A stretch of 64,000 nucleotides of DNA from Nitrospirota bacterium (GTDB taxonomy: Bacteria > Nitrospirota > UBA9217). The notes beneath the pieces are model-generated. The model saw only the letters and a program-made list of their open reading frames with translations. It was not told where the DNA came from and made no database searches. The stretch is from the NCBI GenBank assembly GCA_963818475.1, contig CAWFSF010000006.1:2016001-2080000 (forward strand), given 5' to 3'. The position numbers and the translations under genes were made by a program. Shown one piece after another: positions 40,150-51,168 of this stretch. How positions within the stretch are numbered: position 1 is the first letter of the stretch; each line of letters starts with the position of its first letter.

Positions 40150-40514
40150 TTACTTTTTTATCACCTTGAGGATATACAGCCTGCCATGCCCGATCCATCA
40201 CGCTCTTGGGGACTCCGGAAGACCGATGGGTCCCCAGATCATAACTCAGGATCTCGTCTTCGTAATCTTCGCCCGGATACCAGCGTCTGTCAGGTCTCGG
40301 CCCAGTTCCTCCGCCGCCAGCTGCAAGGCTCTGCATCATCACTTCTCCAACATTCTTGCTCGTGGGATCCACAATGATAAAGAGCATTGCAACCGTTACA
40401 GCGGCCGCTGAGCACAGTCTCTGTCGCGCTTAAACGCTTTTCTGTTGGCCGCGGCAGTGCTCCTTTGCAAAACGGGCACGTTGGTTCAATGCTTTCCCGT
40501 CTTCCCGTTCTCAA
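40150..40514 (-). CDS. hypothetical Cys-rich (zinc-ribbon-like) protein (frameshifted)
   Basis: PTCPFCKG...GRCNGCNA...DPTSKNVGEVMMQSL...GEDYEDEILSYD joined across frames. Confidence 0.6.
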
Positions 40515-40529
40515 AATATGACCTGCCTT

Positions 40530-41938
40530 CTATGCGGGCTGCTTATGCTTACGGTATTCCAACGCCTTTCTGACCATGGCCTTCGCCCACTGGGGTGTAC
40601 CGAGTGCATGAAGATGGGTATACGCCGCCAGCACATTTTTATAGACCAGGCCGTCACCCGTTCCGTTGATGCCGCCGCCTCGCGTTACATGATATGCCAT
40701 TGGCGACAGGCTGGTCAAGATTCACGATCCTCGAATAGTGAAATTCGTGGCCTCTTATGATCACGCCCTTGTCAAGGAAACGTGTTCTCGGCAACCGTTT
40801 CGAGTACCGTATAGCCATGCGCCTGCGGTTTTTTTTCAAGAACAAAATCAGCCGGCAGCACCGCGGTCATGGGATAGATCTCGTTTCGCCGACCGTGAGG
40901 CTCCTGCCAAGATAGATCAGGCCACCGCACTCTGCATAGATGGGCAATCCCTTCTCAGCCGCAGCCTTTACCGACCGGCAGAAACTTTCGTTCGCTGCCA
41001 GCTCTGCGGCCTGCGTCTCGGGAAATCCGCCGCCAATATAGAGGGCGTCGAGATCGGGAAGTGACCGCATCGGTCAATGCGTTGATCCGAACTGAATCCG
41101 GGCACCTTGCTGCTCGAGCGCTTCCAGATTATCAGGGTAGTAGAACTGAAAAGCAGAATCCCGAATGACCCCGATGACCGGCTGATCAGTCTTCCGGTCG
41201 CTTCCGGCAGGGTGAAACTTCTGCCGGAGCATCGATCGCCTGTGATGCTGCTTGCAATATCCCAAAGCGTGCCCAGGTCCAGATATCGCTCGGCAACTGC
41301 CGCTGATGCCTGTATGGCCTGCTCCACGTCGGGATGCTCTTGAAAGGGCGTGAGCCCCATATGCCGCTCGGGGAATTCGCCCTTCCGCTGCCGGGGCACA
41401 GCACCGACAACCGGAATACCGCTGCTCTGTTCAATGGCCTTCCGGATCACCGTTTCATGCCTGCCCGGTGAAACATTGTTTAGAATCACGCCCCCGATCT
41501 CAACCTCGGGATCATAGTCTCGGCAGCCGAGAACCACTGCAGCGACCGTACTCGATGCCTTCGTGCAATCAACGATCAACACAACCGGCGTTCGCAAGCA
41601 ATGTGGAGAGACGTGCCGTACTGTACGTTCCAGACTCATCGACACCGTCGATAGAGACCACGATTGCCTTCGATAACTGCTGCGTCGCACCCGGCGGCAT
41701 GACCGACGAAAGACCGAACGAGCGGTTCACGATCCATCATAAAAAGGTCGAGATTGTAGCACGGCCTTCCTGCTGCAGCTCCGAGCCACCCGGCATCGAT
41801 GAAATCCGGGCCTTTTTTAAATACCGCAATGCTTCTGCCCAGCTTCCGCCAGGCAGCAACAATGCCGAGCGTCAGAAGGTCGTTTTACCCGACCCTCCGC
41901 GCGTGGCTGAAATTACCAGCCTCGGCATCAATCGGCAT
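40530..41938 (-). CDS. dsrN: DsrN, CbiA-like siroheme amidase (multiple frameshifts)
   Basis: [72 protein letters not shown]. Confidence 0.88.
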
Positions 41939-42175
41939 TACGATTGCGGATTAGCCGAACCTTCCGTGTGCGGGATCTCAACGGCTGTTCCGCCAAAATA
42001 CGAATACACCAGCTTGCCGCCGTCGATCAGCACGCGAAGCGCCGCTTTGATCTTCAGCCTGGGTCGCACCTTCCGCCTCCATGGCATTGCTGATGTCCTT
42101 GGGCTTCAGCTTCTTTTTTCCCTGACTTTTTTCTACCAGGGCGTATACTTTTTTTTGCAGTTCTTCAGCGTCCAT
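41938..42175 (-). CDS. dsrD: DsrD (frameshifted)
   Basis: ~78 aa after dsrB: KSQGKKKLKPKDI...IKAALRVLIDGGKLVYSYFGG. Confidence 0.82.
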
Positions 42176-42260
42176 ATGCTCACCCCTCCGAATTAGTTTG
42201 TTCACGTCATCATAAAACCGGCCCCGGTCCGCGACCGGGGCCGTGCATGACATTATACGA

Positions 42261-43335
42261 CTATTCCCACTTGAAGGTCGGGGTCATTCTGAACGTCTCA
42301 CGTGCAAAGGTGAAATCGTCGATATGCTGATAGGTGAACGGTATACCGGTCATCTTGAAGAAGCGCTCCCAGCCGATCCGCTCGATCCACTCGTCCAAAG
42401 CGCTCATGCTTCTTGGCATCCTTGGCGTAGACCTCTACCAGGTGCTTCACGGCCTTGACGACTTCCGGCCAGCGCGGCGGATTGTTCGGAAGGAACGGGA
42501 TGGCCAGCCGCGACATGCGTGCCGGACCGCGTGCGTTCGAAACCTTGCCGCCCACATAGATGGAGATACCGTCGCCAGTGCGCATCGGCGAGCGGGAGGG
42601 ACGGGCACATGGTGTAGCAGTTGCCGCAGTACATGCAGCGCTCTTCCTTGATCTTCACGGACTTCGCCGCCGGATTCGGGCGATAGCGCCGGTCGGGCAG
42701 GAAGCGATGGTCGTGGGGATCTCGCACTGGTTCGCGATGGTCGCCTCGTTCACCTTCGGCGGCTTGCGGTGAATACCGAGGATGGCGATGTCGGAGCAGT
42801 GCACCGCACCGCACATGTTGAGGCAGCAGGCAAGCGCGATGCGGACGCGTGCCGGCAGGGTCTTGGTGGTGAAGTATTCATGCAGCTCATCCATGACGGC
42901 CTTCACAACACCCGAGGCGTCCGTTGCCGGTGTGTGGCAGTGGATCCAGCCCTGGGTATGCACTACGTTGCTGATACCGTAGCCGATGCCGCCGACCAGA
43001 TGACCACGCTTCTTGAGCTCGGCCTGGAGCGGATCGACCTGTGCTTTGTCCGGGAAGAACTCGATGTTGTTCCGCGTCGTGAAACGAAGATGGCCGCCGG
43101 AGAACTTGTCGGCAAGTTCGCATATCTCGCGGATAAAATCAGAGCTCACGAGACGGGGCGATGCCATGCGCACGGTATACAGCTCGTCGCCGGTCTCGGA
43201 AACGTGCTTCATGGTGCCGTGGTTGATCTGTTCGTGATACTTCCATTTCCCGTAGTTCTTCGCGATCACGGGCGGCAGGAATTTGCTAAAGTGAGGAGCT
43301 CCAATATCTGTTATTCTCTTAGGTTTATCAGCCAT
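42261..43335 (-). CDS. dsrB: dissimilatory sulfite reductase beta subunit (frameshifted)
   Basis: [66 protein letters not shown]. Confidence 0.97.
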
Positions 43336-43355
43336 TTTAAGTTATCCTCCTTGAG

Positions 43356-44536
43356 TTATTTCACGTCGTCTGCTGACCAGAATACGTACGGGTTCGATCT
43401 TGGGGCTTTCACCATCTGCGGCACGGGCGGCAGACCAGTTGATTCGAGCATGGATCTCATGCCAAGACGGTCAACAAGTTCGCCGATACGTTCGCGGTTC
43501 TTGCCATGGTCATCCCACCATTCCCAGAGCTTGCGGATAAGGTCCTCAAGGTTGTCGTACGGTGCTTCAAGCTTCATGAAAGGAACGATGACCCAGCTCA
43601 TGAGGGCACCGGTCACGATCGGGGCTTTGCCGCCGAGCATGATGGTTGCACCTTTTTCTTTGCCCGGGCGAAGCGCCTTCGGCATCTGATTGATGCAGTG
43701 CATGCAGCGGTTGCAATCCTTGTCATTGATCTTGAGCACAGCAGCCGTCGAAGCTCATGCACTTGGTCGGGCACATTTCGACGATTTCGGTCTTGATATC
43801 CATTTTTGAAGCATAGTTCTTTACTTCTGCTGCATCGATACGGATGGTGTCTCTCCAGGTGCCGATGATGGACATGTCAGCGCGGGCGATCGGCAGCGAC
43901 GCAGTCGTTGGCGCAGCCGGAAACCTTGATCTTGAACTTGTAGGGGAACGCGGGACGATGGAGCTCATCCTGGAACTTGTGGGTGAGCGTATCGCAGATC
44001 TCCATCGAGTCGATGTTCGCGAACTCGCAGCGGGACATACCTGCGCAGCAGCTCGGGGTGCGGAGGCAGGAGCCGGAACCGCCGAGATCCCAGCCCTTTG
44101 CCGTTGTTTCAGCAAAGATGGACTCAAGCTTGTCGGTCTGCGTACCGAGGAGGACCAGGTCGCCCGTGGAGCCGTGGAAGTTGGTCAGGCCGCTGCCGTA
44201 TTTGTCCCAGATGTCCATGAGATCGCGAAGAGCGCTCGTTGTATAGTAGAAACCGGCAGGCTGGTTGATACGGACGGTGTGGAAATGAGCGACACCCGGA
44301 TATTCTTCGGGAAGATCGCAGTAACGGCCGATAACGCCGCCGCCGTAACCAAGGACGCCGACGATGCCGCCGTGCTTCCAGTGGGTCACCTTGTCACGAT
44401 AGGAACGCTCAAGGATATTGAGCAGGTCTTGCGCGGTGTTGCTCTTCTTTGCGGACTTCTTGATCTCTTTTACGAAACTCGGCCATGCGCCTTTTTCCAG
44501 TTCATCAAGCATCGGTGTCTTTGCATCTTTGCTCAT
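43356..44536 (-). CDS. dsrA: dissimilatory sulfite reductase alpha subunit (frameshifted)
   Basis: [77 protein letters not shown]. Confidence 0.98.
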
Positions 44537-44774
44537 GTAGGAAATCCTCCTTGGATAGAATTATCACACTGAAGCTAACTGCCTTGCTGCGATATAGTCT
44601 TGTACCTTACGAGAGTCGAGAACGGCCGCTACCCCTGGCAATGCAGGGGAGATAGAAACACGGGTCGTTCAGAATGATATAGGCCGCGTGGTCCCCCTTT
44701 CTAAATATTTTTTTTCAGTTTGGCGGGCACGTCTGGTGAGTCATTGATTACAAAAAAAACATGAAAGACGTATG

Positions 44775-44803
44775 ATTGTATGTGTACTACCCGTTTTAGT
44801 CAA
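44775..44803 (-). promoter_or_regulatory. sigma70-type promoter of the dsr operon
   Basis: TTGACT-17 nt-TACAAT with upstream AT tract; implies a ~230-nt leader. Confidence 0.7.
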
Positions 44804-45238
44804 ATAAAAAAAACTAATTAAAGCATAACTTAAAATAATTACACTGCGTACCGAAAATACAAAACAAAGTAATAATTACAGTAGGTTACAACAAATGCTA
44901 TCAGTAACTACAGGAGCAGACTGATAATGCAATATAGCTGCCATTTGGCAATATGCTCATTGAATCAACAATCCACTTAATAATCAAAATATTGCATTAA
45001 TAGCGTTCTGAAATATCAGGTTTAATTTTGGTAATCATACCATACAAATTATTAAAATTTGTATAATATTTTGTTTTTCCAGAATATTTTAAAAAGCCTT
45101 TTTTGGCATAATTGCCATATGCATTACTATTGATTGAGGAATGATGATCCGATATCAGATCATGTCGGACAACATAAGTCAACATATTGATTAAATGGTC
45201 TTTACAAACAAAAAGCACTTCTCCAGCCTGTATCTTTA

Positions 45239-45856
45239 TCATGCTACATACCATAATATGGCAATATAATGACTGATACTCCCGGCAAGCACGAAAATAT
45301 GAAATATGCCGTGGCCATTATGGATTTTTTTGTCAAAAACGTAAAAAATGACACCAACAGTATAAAACAAGCCACCTGCAACCAACCACACCATGCCCCA
45401 GACAGGCAACACTTTCATAAGCGGACGGACTGCAATAACGACGACCCAGCCCATGACAAGGTAGATCACTACTGAAAGTATGCGGTGCCCTGTTTGCAGC
45501 GCCAGTTCCTGGATGATGCCTACTGTCGCGAGCCCCCATACGATGCCGAAAATCGTCCACCCCCAAGTACCCCCCATGGTTACCAACGTGAACGGGGTAT
45601 AGGTACCGGCAATCAACAAGTAGATAGCCGTGTGGTCTATCTTTTGGAATAGGACCTTCGCTTTACCGCGAAGACTGTGGTAGAGCGTGGAAAAAAGATA
45701 AAGAGCGAACAGGGTAATACCATAGATACTGAAACTGACGATCCTCCAGGGATCACCCTTCAGACTGGCGGATACGACGAGAACAGCGAGCCCGACAAGC
45801 GCCAGCGTTGCTCCGATCAAATGGGTGATGCTGTTGAACTTCTCATCACGATACAT
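45239..45856 (-). CDS. hemolysin III / PAQR-family membrane protein
   Basis: NSITHLIG, STLYHS, DHTAIYLLIAGTYTPF, YLVMGW, HGIFHIFVLAGS. Confidence 0.93.
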   Translation of the reverse strand: MYRDEKFNSITHLIGATLALVGLAVLVVSASLKGDPWRIVSFSIYGITLFALYLFSTLYHSLRGKAKVLFQKIDHTAIYLLIAGTYTPFTLVTMGGTWGWTIFGIVWGLATVGIIQELALQTGHRILSVVIYLVMGWVVVIAVRPLMKVLPVWGMVWLVAGGLFYTVGVIFYVFDKKIHNGHGIFHIFVLAGSISHYIAILWYVA

Positions 45857-46140
45857 ATGATCACACACTCAGAGAGTTCACCGTGAAAACGAGCTGACGA
45901 GCAAAGCCGCACAAGAACAAAGAAAATATAGCAGAAATCTTGCTATTTAGGTCATTTTATTTGGTGACTCAGGTTGTCCCTGTCAATTCTTTGTTGTTTT
46001 TCGTTCAGTGGCTAAAGTTCTTTTCAGTCAAAAAAAGCACGGATGTCAGCCAAACATCCTCCGACCGATTGAATGAGAGACAACCACCAATAAAAAAAGG
46101 AGAGGCCTTTGAGACCTCTCCTGAAATTGCATTAACGTAT

Positions 46141-48120
46141 TTATACGACTTCGCCATGCGGCGTAGCAAAGGTCCCGCGGCGTGCGGCCATATCCATGAG
46201 CACGCGTTCCGTGCCAAATGCACCCTGTTCGTATTTGCGGATCTTCAGCTTTTCTCTCGCCGTGTCGATGAGCTTCAGCGCGAGTTCAAGGATCTTGCCA
46301 GGGTCTTCCTCGAAATAGAAGCCTGCCGTCACCATATCCCACCACTTGTTTTCCATGATATCGGTAAGCGTTTTGCTTGCGCTGACCGGCGATCCGGCGC
46401 CAAAGATGATCGGTACACCGGATGCTGCAAAGTAGGTGCCGATGGCGATGGCCTTTTCGCTCATCCACTCCGGACCGATACCGACCGCAGGAAGACCGCC
46501 GATGTCGTCGCCGAGACCGCCCGCTTCAGCGATATGAGATGCGATGGTCAGGATACGCGAGTTGTCAACGCAGGAACCGAGATGAAGCACCGGAGGAATG
46601 CCGATGGCCTCACAGACCTCACGAAGACCGGGGCCGGCGTTTTCAAGAGCCATCTCAGGCGTCATGTAGCCTGCCTTGGCCGAAGCATGGGCCGAGCATC
46701 CGGTCTGGACCACGAGCACGTCGTTCTTAATGAGCTCGCGGGTAAGAAAATTATGAATGCTGTCCTGGCTAATGCGGGGGTTGTTGCACCCCGCCAGGCC
46801 GACAACGCCGCGGATACGGCCCGCAATGATGGCATCGTTCAGCGGCCGATAGGAACCCCGGTACTGTCCGCCCTGCATGTATTCAATATATTCATCAGAG
46901 AACCCGGCGATCATGTCCGCGGGCTTGACGTTGGCGTGAGCAACATCTTCCTTTTTGCGGTTCGGGAAATTATCGATCGCGAGACGAACGACTTGTTTGG
47001 CCTGATCCAGGGCATGGTGCTCATCATATTCAATATGCACCGCATCTTTCATTTTGCCCTTATTCGTCGTCGTAACGATCTTGGTGTGGTATTTTTTTGA
47101 AAGCTCACCGATTGCAGGCATGATGCACTGCACGTCCACCACCATGGCCTCTACCATACCGGTTATGATGCCGAGTTCCTGCTGCAGGAATCCGCCGGCG
47201 GTGTCGATGCCGTGGCGGACAAGGATCTCGTTCGCGGTGCAGCACATGCCCACGAGGTTAACCCCTTTGGCACCCTTGGACTTTGCATATGCGGTGATCT
47301 CCGGGTCCTCCACCGCAACAACCAGCATTTCGGCGAACGACGGTTCGTGACCGTGAACCACGAGGTTCACATGGTCTTCCTTGAACACATCAAGGCTGGC
47401 CCGGGCCTTGAGCGGTCTGGGAGTGCCGAAGAGGATGTCCGAAATATCCGTCCCCATCATGGAACCGCCCCACCCGTCCGCGAGCGACGCGCGCATGGCG
47501 CCGAGCATGATATTGTTCACTTCCTGGTCCACACCCATGGTCGTGCGGTGCATCATTTCCACGACTTCACGGTCGATCGCGCGCGGCGCGATGCCGAGCT
47601 TCTTCCAGATCTCCTGACGCTTTTTGGGCGCCCGGGACAGGTAGGCGAGCTCTCCCCGCTGCTGACCGAACTGTTCGAGAAATTTCAGCGCCACCTTCTC
47701 GGCAACTTCGTTCACCTGTTTACCCTCTACATCGATGCCAAGGTAACCGGCAACGCGGTTCAGTTTGCGAACGTCCTTGATCTTGAAATCCTTGGCTTCA
47801 CCACGCGCTACGGCAAGAAGCGTGTTCGCCAGGTCTCTGGCGTGATCGGAATGCGCCGCAGTGCCCGCGGCGACCATACGGGCAAAATTCCTCGCGGTCA
47901 CGACCGGCAGCGATGCGCCGCATACACCCATGGCCTCGTCTTCCTTGCCAACCAACCGGCAGGGTCCCATGTGGCACATCTTGCAACAGGCGCCTTGGTG
48001 ACCGATGGGGCATGGTTTCAGCTTTTCAGCCCGTTCAAATGAAGTCTCATACTTTTTCAGTCCGGCAACTTTGAGCAGTGCCTGGGCACCGGGATCAACG
48101 GATTTTAGTTCTTCTTTCAT
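46141..48120 (-). CDS. cooS: anaerobic Ni-containing carbon monoxide dehydrogenase catalytic subunit
   Basis: CPIGHQGACCKMCHMGPC; C-cluster ligand motifs HGHEP, MCCTANE, DVQC, GCNNP, TGCS, GSCVDNSR. Confidence 0.96.
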   Translation of the reverse strand: MKEELKSVDPGAQALLKVAGLKKYETSFERAEKLKPCPIGHQGACCKMCHMGPCRLVGKEDEAMGVCGASLPVVTARNFARMVAAGTAAHSDHARDLANTLLAVARGEAKDFKIKDVRKLNRVAGYLGIDVEGKQVNEVAEKVALKFLEQFGQQRGELAYLSRAPKKRQEIWKKLGIAPRAIDREVVEMMHRTTMGVDQEVNNIMLGAMRASLADGWGGSMMGTDISDILFGTPRPLKARASLDVFKEDHVNLVVHGHEPSFAEMLVVAVEDPEITAYAKSKGAKGVNLVGMCCTANEILVRHGIDTAGGFLQQELGIITGMVEAMVVDVQCIMPAIGELSKKYHTKIVTTTNKGKMKDAVHIEYDEHHALDQAKQVVRLAIDNFPNRKKEDVAHANVKPADMIAGFSDEYIEYMQGGQYRGSYRPLNDAIIAGRIRGVVGLAGCNNPRISQDSIHNFLTRELIKNDVLVVQTGCSAHASAKAGYMTPEMALENAGPGLREVCEAIGIPPVLHLGSCVDNSRILTIASHIAEAGGLGDDIGGLPAVGIGPEWMSEKAIAIGTYFAASGVPIIFGAGSPVSASKTLTDIMENKWWDMVTAGFYFEEDPGKILELALKLIDTAREKLKIRKYEQGAFGTERVLMDMAARRGTFATPHGEVV

Positions 48121-48246
48121 GAGTGTGGTAAACTCCTTTCACATGGAGGGAACGGTCCCTCGTACAAAGCTTATGTATTATACGAAAATACACTTAAAAA
48201 ACCAGACTAAGTTCGTCTACAACGGTTCCGCGCCTGTGCCATGCAT

Positions 48247-50406
48247 TTATTTCTGCAGGACCGGCTGCTTGACTTCCATGACCGTGACCACGGCCGATCT
48301 GGAGAGCAGACCCTGGTTCATGGCCAGAAGAAGTATTGTCGTGGATATGCCATAGGGCTTTCCTGCTGCTGCTTTGACAGGCATTAACGCTCCAGCTGCG
48401 ATCTTGCCGGTTTTTGCCTTCTTTACGAGCGAAGAAACGTCCTTTGCACTGATCGCTTTGGTCTTACTCACCGCCGCCGATATTACTTCGGCGATCTCAG
48501 CGCCGTCCTTCGCATCACCGGCAGCAGACTGCGCCTGGGCAAAAACCTTCTGCTGGCCATAGGTGGTGATGATCGTGCCTTGTTTTTCGTAAAGGGCGGT
48601 CATTGGAAGCACCAGATCGGCCTTCTCGGTAAGTGCGTTCGCATGGCTCGCCTGAACGATCAGCGTGCCTGCCTTAAAATCACTATCCGGCACGTTGCCG
48701 GCAACGAACAGTACACCCATTCCGGACTTCATTGAGCCGTAGTTCTTTCCTGTTTTCTTGATCGCGGAAAAGCCCGGGCCCAGATCGGAAAGGCAACCCA
48801 TCTGCATGACACCAAGCGCATTCGCCTCGAGCATAAGCGGCATGACGCCGGCATTCTTCAGATTTGCGAGGTTCAGGGCCTGGAGCGATGCATCTTCGCT
48901 GGCCGAAATACCGGTGCCGAAGATGACCACGGGCTGCTTGGCTGCTGCATAGGCTTTTGCTGCCTCAACGATCTTTTCAACAGGTACGCCGCTGACCGAG
49001 GAGGCTTCGTCCGCAGCCACAAGATCTTTTTTGAGTGCTTCAACTTCTTTCGGTTTGGTGGTCAGACCCTCGGCCAGGGCCGCAGACATAACACCGGCCA
49101 GAAGCGCCGTATCCGTCCCCGGCTTCAGTTCAAGATGAATAGCATTCACATGGGTGGTAAGCCCGATCTTATCGGGGTTCACAACGATGATCTTTGCTCC
49201 TGCCTGCGCCCTGCGGCGGATCATGACGTCGATCTCCTGGAGCGACTGGCCTTTCTGCGACGGATCAGCGCCGATCACCACAACACAGTCGGCGGCTGCA
49301 AGGTCAGCTTTGGAGGCAATGGCAATGCCGTTATCACCGTAGACGGCACGCAGCGCAGCGATCGCGCCGCCCGCGTAGGCCGCTGCCGGCGTGCTGATGT
49401 TGGGGCTCCCGACAACATCGCGGGCCAGCAGCTCGAGCGCTGCAGCCTCTTCATTGGTAAGTGAACCTGCAACGATGAATCCGGCGCTGTCTCCGGCCTT
49501 CTTGAGCGCATCAGCCGCGATCTTCGATGCATCTTCCCAGGTTGTGGGAACCAGTTTGTTGCCCTGTTTTTTCATCGGCGCGGTGATCCGGTTCACTGAC
49601 GCAAGCGCATCGAAGCCGAAACGGCCGATGGCGCAGATATAACCATTGCTTTCTTTGGTGTTCACTTTAACGATACGGCCGTCCTTCTTGCTCACCACGA
49701 CGCTGCAGCCCGAAGCGCAGGCAGTGCAGACCGATTCGGACTTATCGAGGTCCCACTCCCGGCCATGCTGCCAGCGGTCGCGTTCCATGATCGTGTTCAC
49801 CGGGCAGGCTTCGACACAGGAACCGCAGAAGGTGCAGCCCGACTCATGGAGCGGTTTGTCCTGGGCCGTCGATACCTTGGTCGTGATGCCGCGGCCCATG
49901 AAATCAAGCACGTTCGTACCCTGCTCCTTGCAGACCCGTACGCACCGACCGCACAGGATGCAGTAGTTGTTGTCGATCGTGATGAAGGGGCTTTTATCGT
50001 TCAGCTCATAATTAAAACTCTTGCGGCCGAAGGATGACTCCCGGATGCCGAGATCGGCAGCATAGCGCTGCAGGTCGCAGTCGCCGGCCTTGGGGCAGGT
50101 CATGCAATCGAGGGGATGGAAGGAAAGCACCAGGTCGGTCACGAACTTCCTGATTTCCTCGACCTTGGGGGTCTTGGTCTGGACCTTCATGCCTTCCTTG
50201 GTCCTGGTCGTGCAGCCGGTGACGGGCGTCCTCATGCCCTCGATCTCGACCATGCACATACGACAGGCGCCCACGCCGCGCAGTTCCTTGATATGGCACA
50301 GGTTCGGGATGTGCACCCCTACGGTCGCGGCCGCATCAACAAGGGTCATACCCTCGGGAACAGAAACGGCCTTGCCGTCAAATTCCATATTTATCATCTT
50401 CATCAT
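48247..50406 (-). CDS. NuoG/HydA-like multi-Fe-S subunit with molybdopterin-oxidoreductase fold
   Basis: 2Fe-2S (GACRMC), HPLDCMTCPKAGDC, CILCGRCVRVC, CTFCGSCVEACP, CTACASGC...C; no H-cluster motifs and no obvious Mo-ligand Cys. Confidence 0.85.
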   Translation of the reverse strand: MMKMINMEFDGKAVSVPEGMTLVDAAATVGVHIPNLCHIKELRGVGACRMCMVEIEGMRTPVTGCTTRTKEGMKVQTKTPKVEEIRKFVTDLVLSFHPLDCMTCPKAGDCDLQRYAADLGIRESSFGRKSFNYELNDKSPFITIDNNYCILCGRCVRVCKEQGTNVLDFMGRGITTKVSTAQDKPLHESGCTFCGSCVEACPVNTIMERDRWQHGREWDLDKSESVCTACASGCSVVVSKKDGRIVKVNTKESNGYICAIGRFGFDALASVNRITAPMKKQGNKLVPTTWEDASKIAADALKKAGDSAGFIVAGSLTNEEAAALELLARDVVGSPNISTPAAAYAGGAIAALRAVYGDNGIAIASKADLAAADCVVVIGADPSQKGQSLQEIDVMIRRRAQAGAKIIVVNPDKIGLTTHVNAIHLELKPGTDTALLAGVMSAALAEGLTTKPKEVEALKKDLVAADEASSVSGVPVEKIVEAAKAYAAAKQPVVIFGTGISASEDASLQALNLANLKNAGVMPLMLEANALGVMQMGCLSDLGPGFSAIKKTGKNYGSMKSGMGVLFVAGNVPDSDFKAGTLIVQASHANALTEKADLVLPMTALYEKQGTIITTYGQQKVFAQAQSAAGDAKDGAEIAEVISAAVSKTKAISAKDVSSLVKKAKTGKIAAGALMPVKAAAGKPYGISTTILLLAMNQGLLSRSAVVTVMEVKQPVLQK

Positions 50407-50424
50407 AGCATCCTCCGTGTAAAG

Positions 50425-50558
50425 CAAATTCCAAAATTCAAATTACAAATCCCAAATACTATCCAAATCTCAAAATCCAATGACTGGTCTAAACGTTTGG
50501 GGCTTGATACTTGGTCATTGGTGCTTATTTGTAATTTGGTGCTTGGGATTTGGTGCTT
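50425..50558. repeat. heptamer-built palindromic intergenic repeat
   Basis: AAATTCC/AAATTAC/AAATCCC units, central AAACGTTT, TTGGTGC/TTGGGAT units. Confidence 0.75.
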
Positions 50559-50561
50559 GTT

Positions 50562-51168
50562 TTAAACAGGGCATGTCCCGACCACATGCCGTACCGGCTT
50601 CGCGGGCTCTTCCTCGACCGTCGGGGCGGCTTCGTAAATATAGACCGCACCCTCGGGACAGACCTTTATACATTCGCCGCAATGGGTGCAGCGTTTCTGC
50701 CTGATGCGGTAGGGCGTGAAACCCGTTTTATAGGGTTGTTTCTTCTGGCCCTCAATGGCGAAGTCCTTGCACACTTCACGGCACTTGTCGCACATGGTGC
50801 AGCGGTTCGCATCGATGTTGTAGGAAACGAGGGCGGCGCATTCATTGATCGTACAGACCCCCTGGACATGACGTTCAAGCAAGCGCGGCATGGTCGTTCA
50901 GAAAGGCGGCCAGAATGTCGGCGTGGTCTTTGCCCTTCTTGCACATGCCGCCGTCCTTCACATCAACAGCGATCCGTTTGAGCTGTGCGATATGTTTTGT
51001 CACGCCCTTGCCGGCCTGGATCGTCTCGAAGATCTTTATGGCGTCGTAGATGCCGAGTTTGCAGGGATGGCATTTGGAGCACATGCCGTCCTTGGAGTCG
51101 TCGTTGTAGAATTTCTCAAGCTTGATTCTCGTCAGGTTGACCGGGCACTTACTTTCTTGCTGCGACAT
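50562..51168 (-). CDS. Fe-S protein resembling the isolated C-terminal part of NuoF/HydB (frameshift near 50880)
   Basis: MCSKCHPCKLG...GMCKKG...ERHVQGVCTINEC...CTMCDKCREVC...CTHCGECIKVCP. Confidence 0.8.

Noticed and set aside
44820-45235. AT-rich interval as a foreign insert or small gene (85-aa ORF)
   Set aside because: No mobile ends or convincing coding signal; consistent with the upstream regulatory region of dsrA.
48247-50406. Formate dehydrogenase alpha subunit or [FeFe]-hydrogenase
   Set aside because: No visible Cys/Sec-His active-site motif and no H-cluster signatures; called NuoG-like instead.
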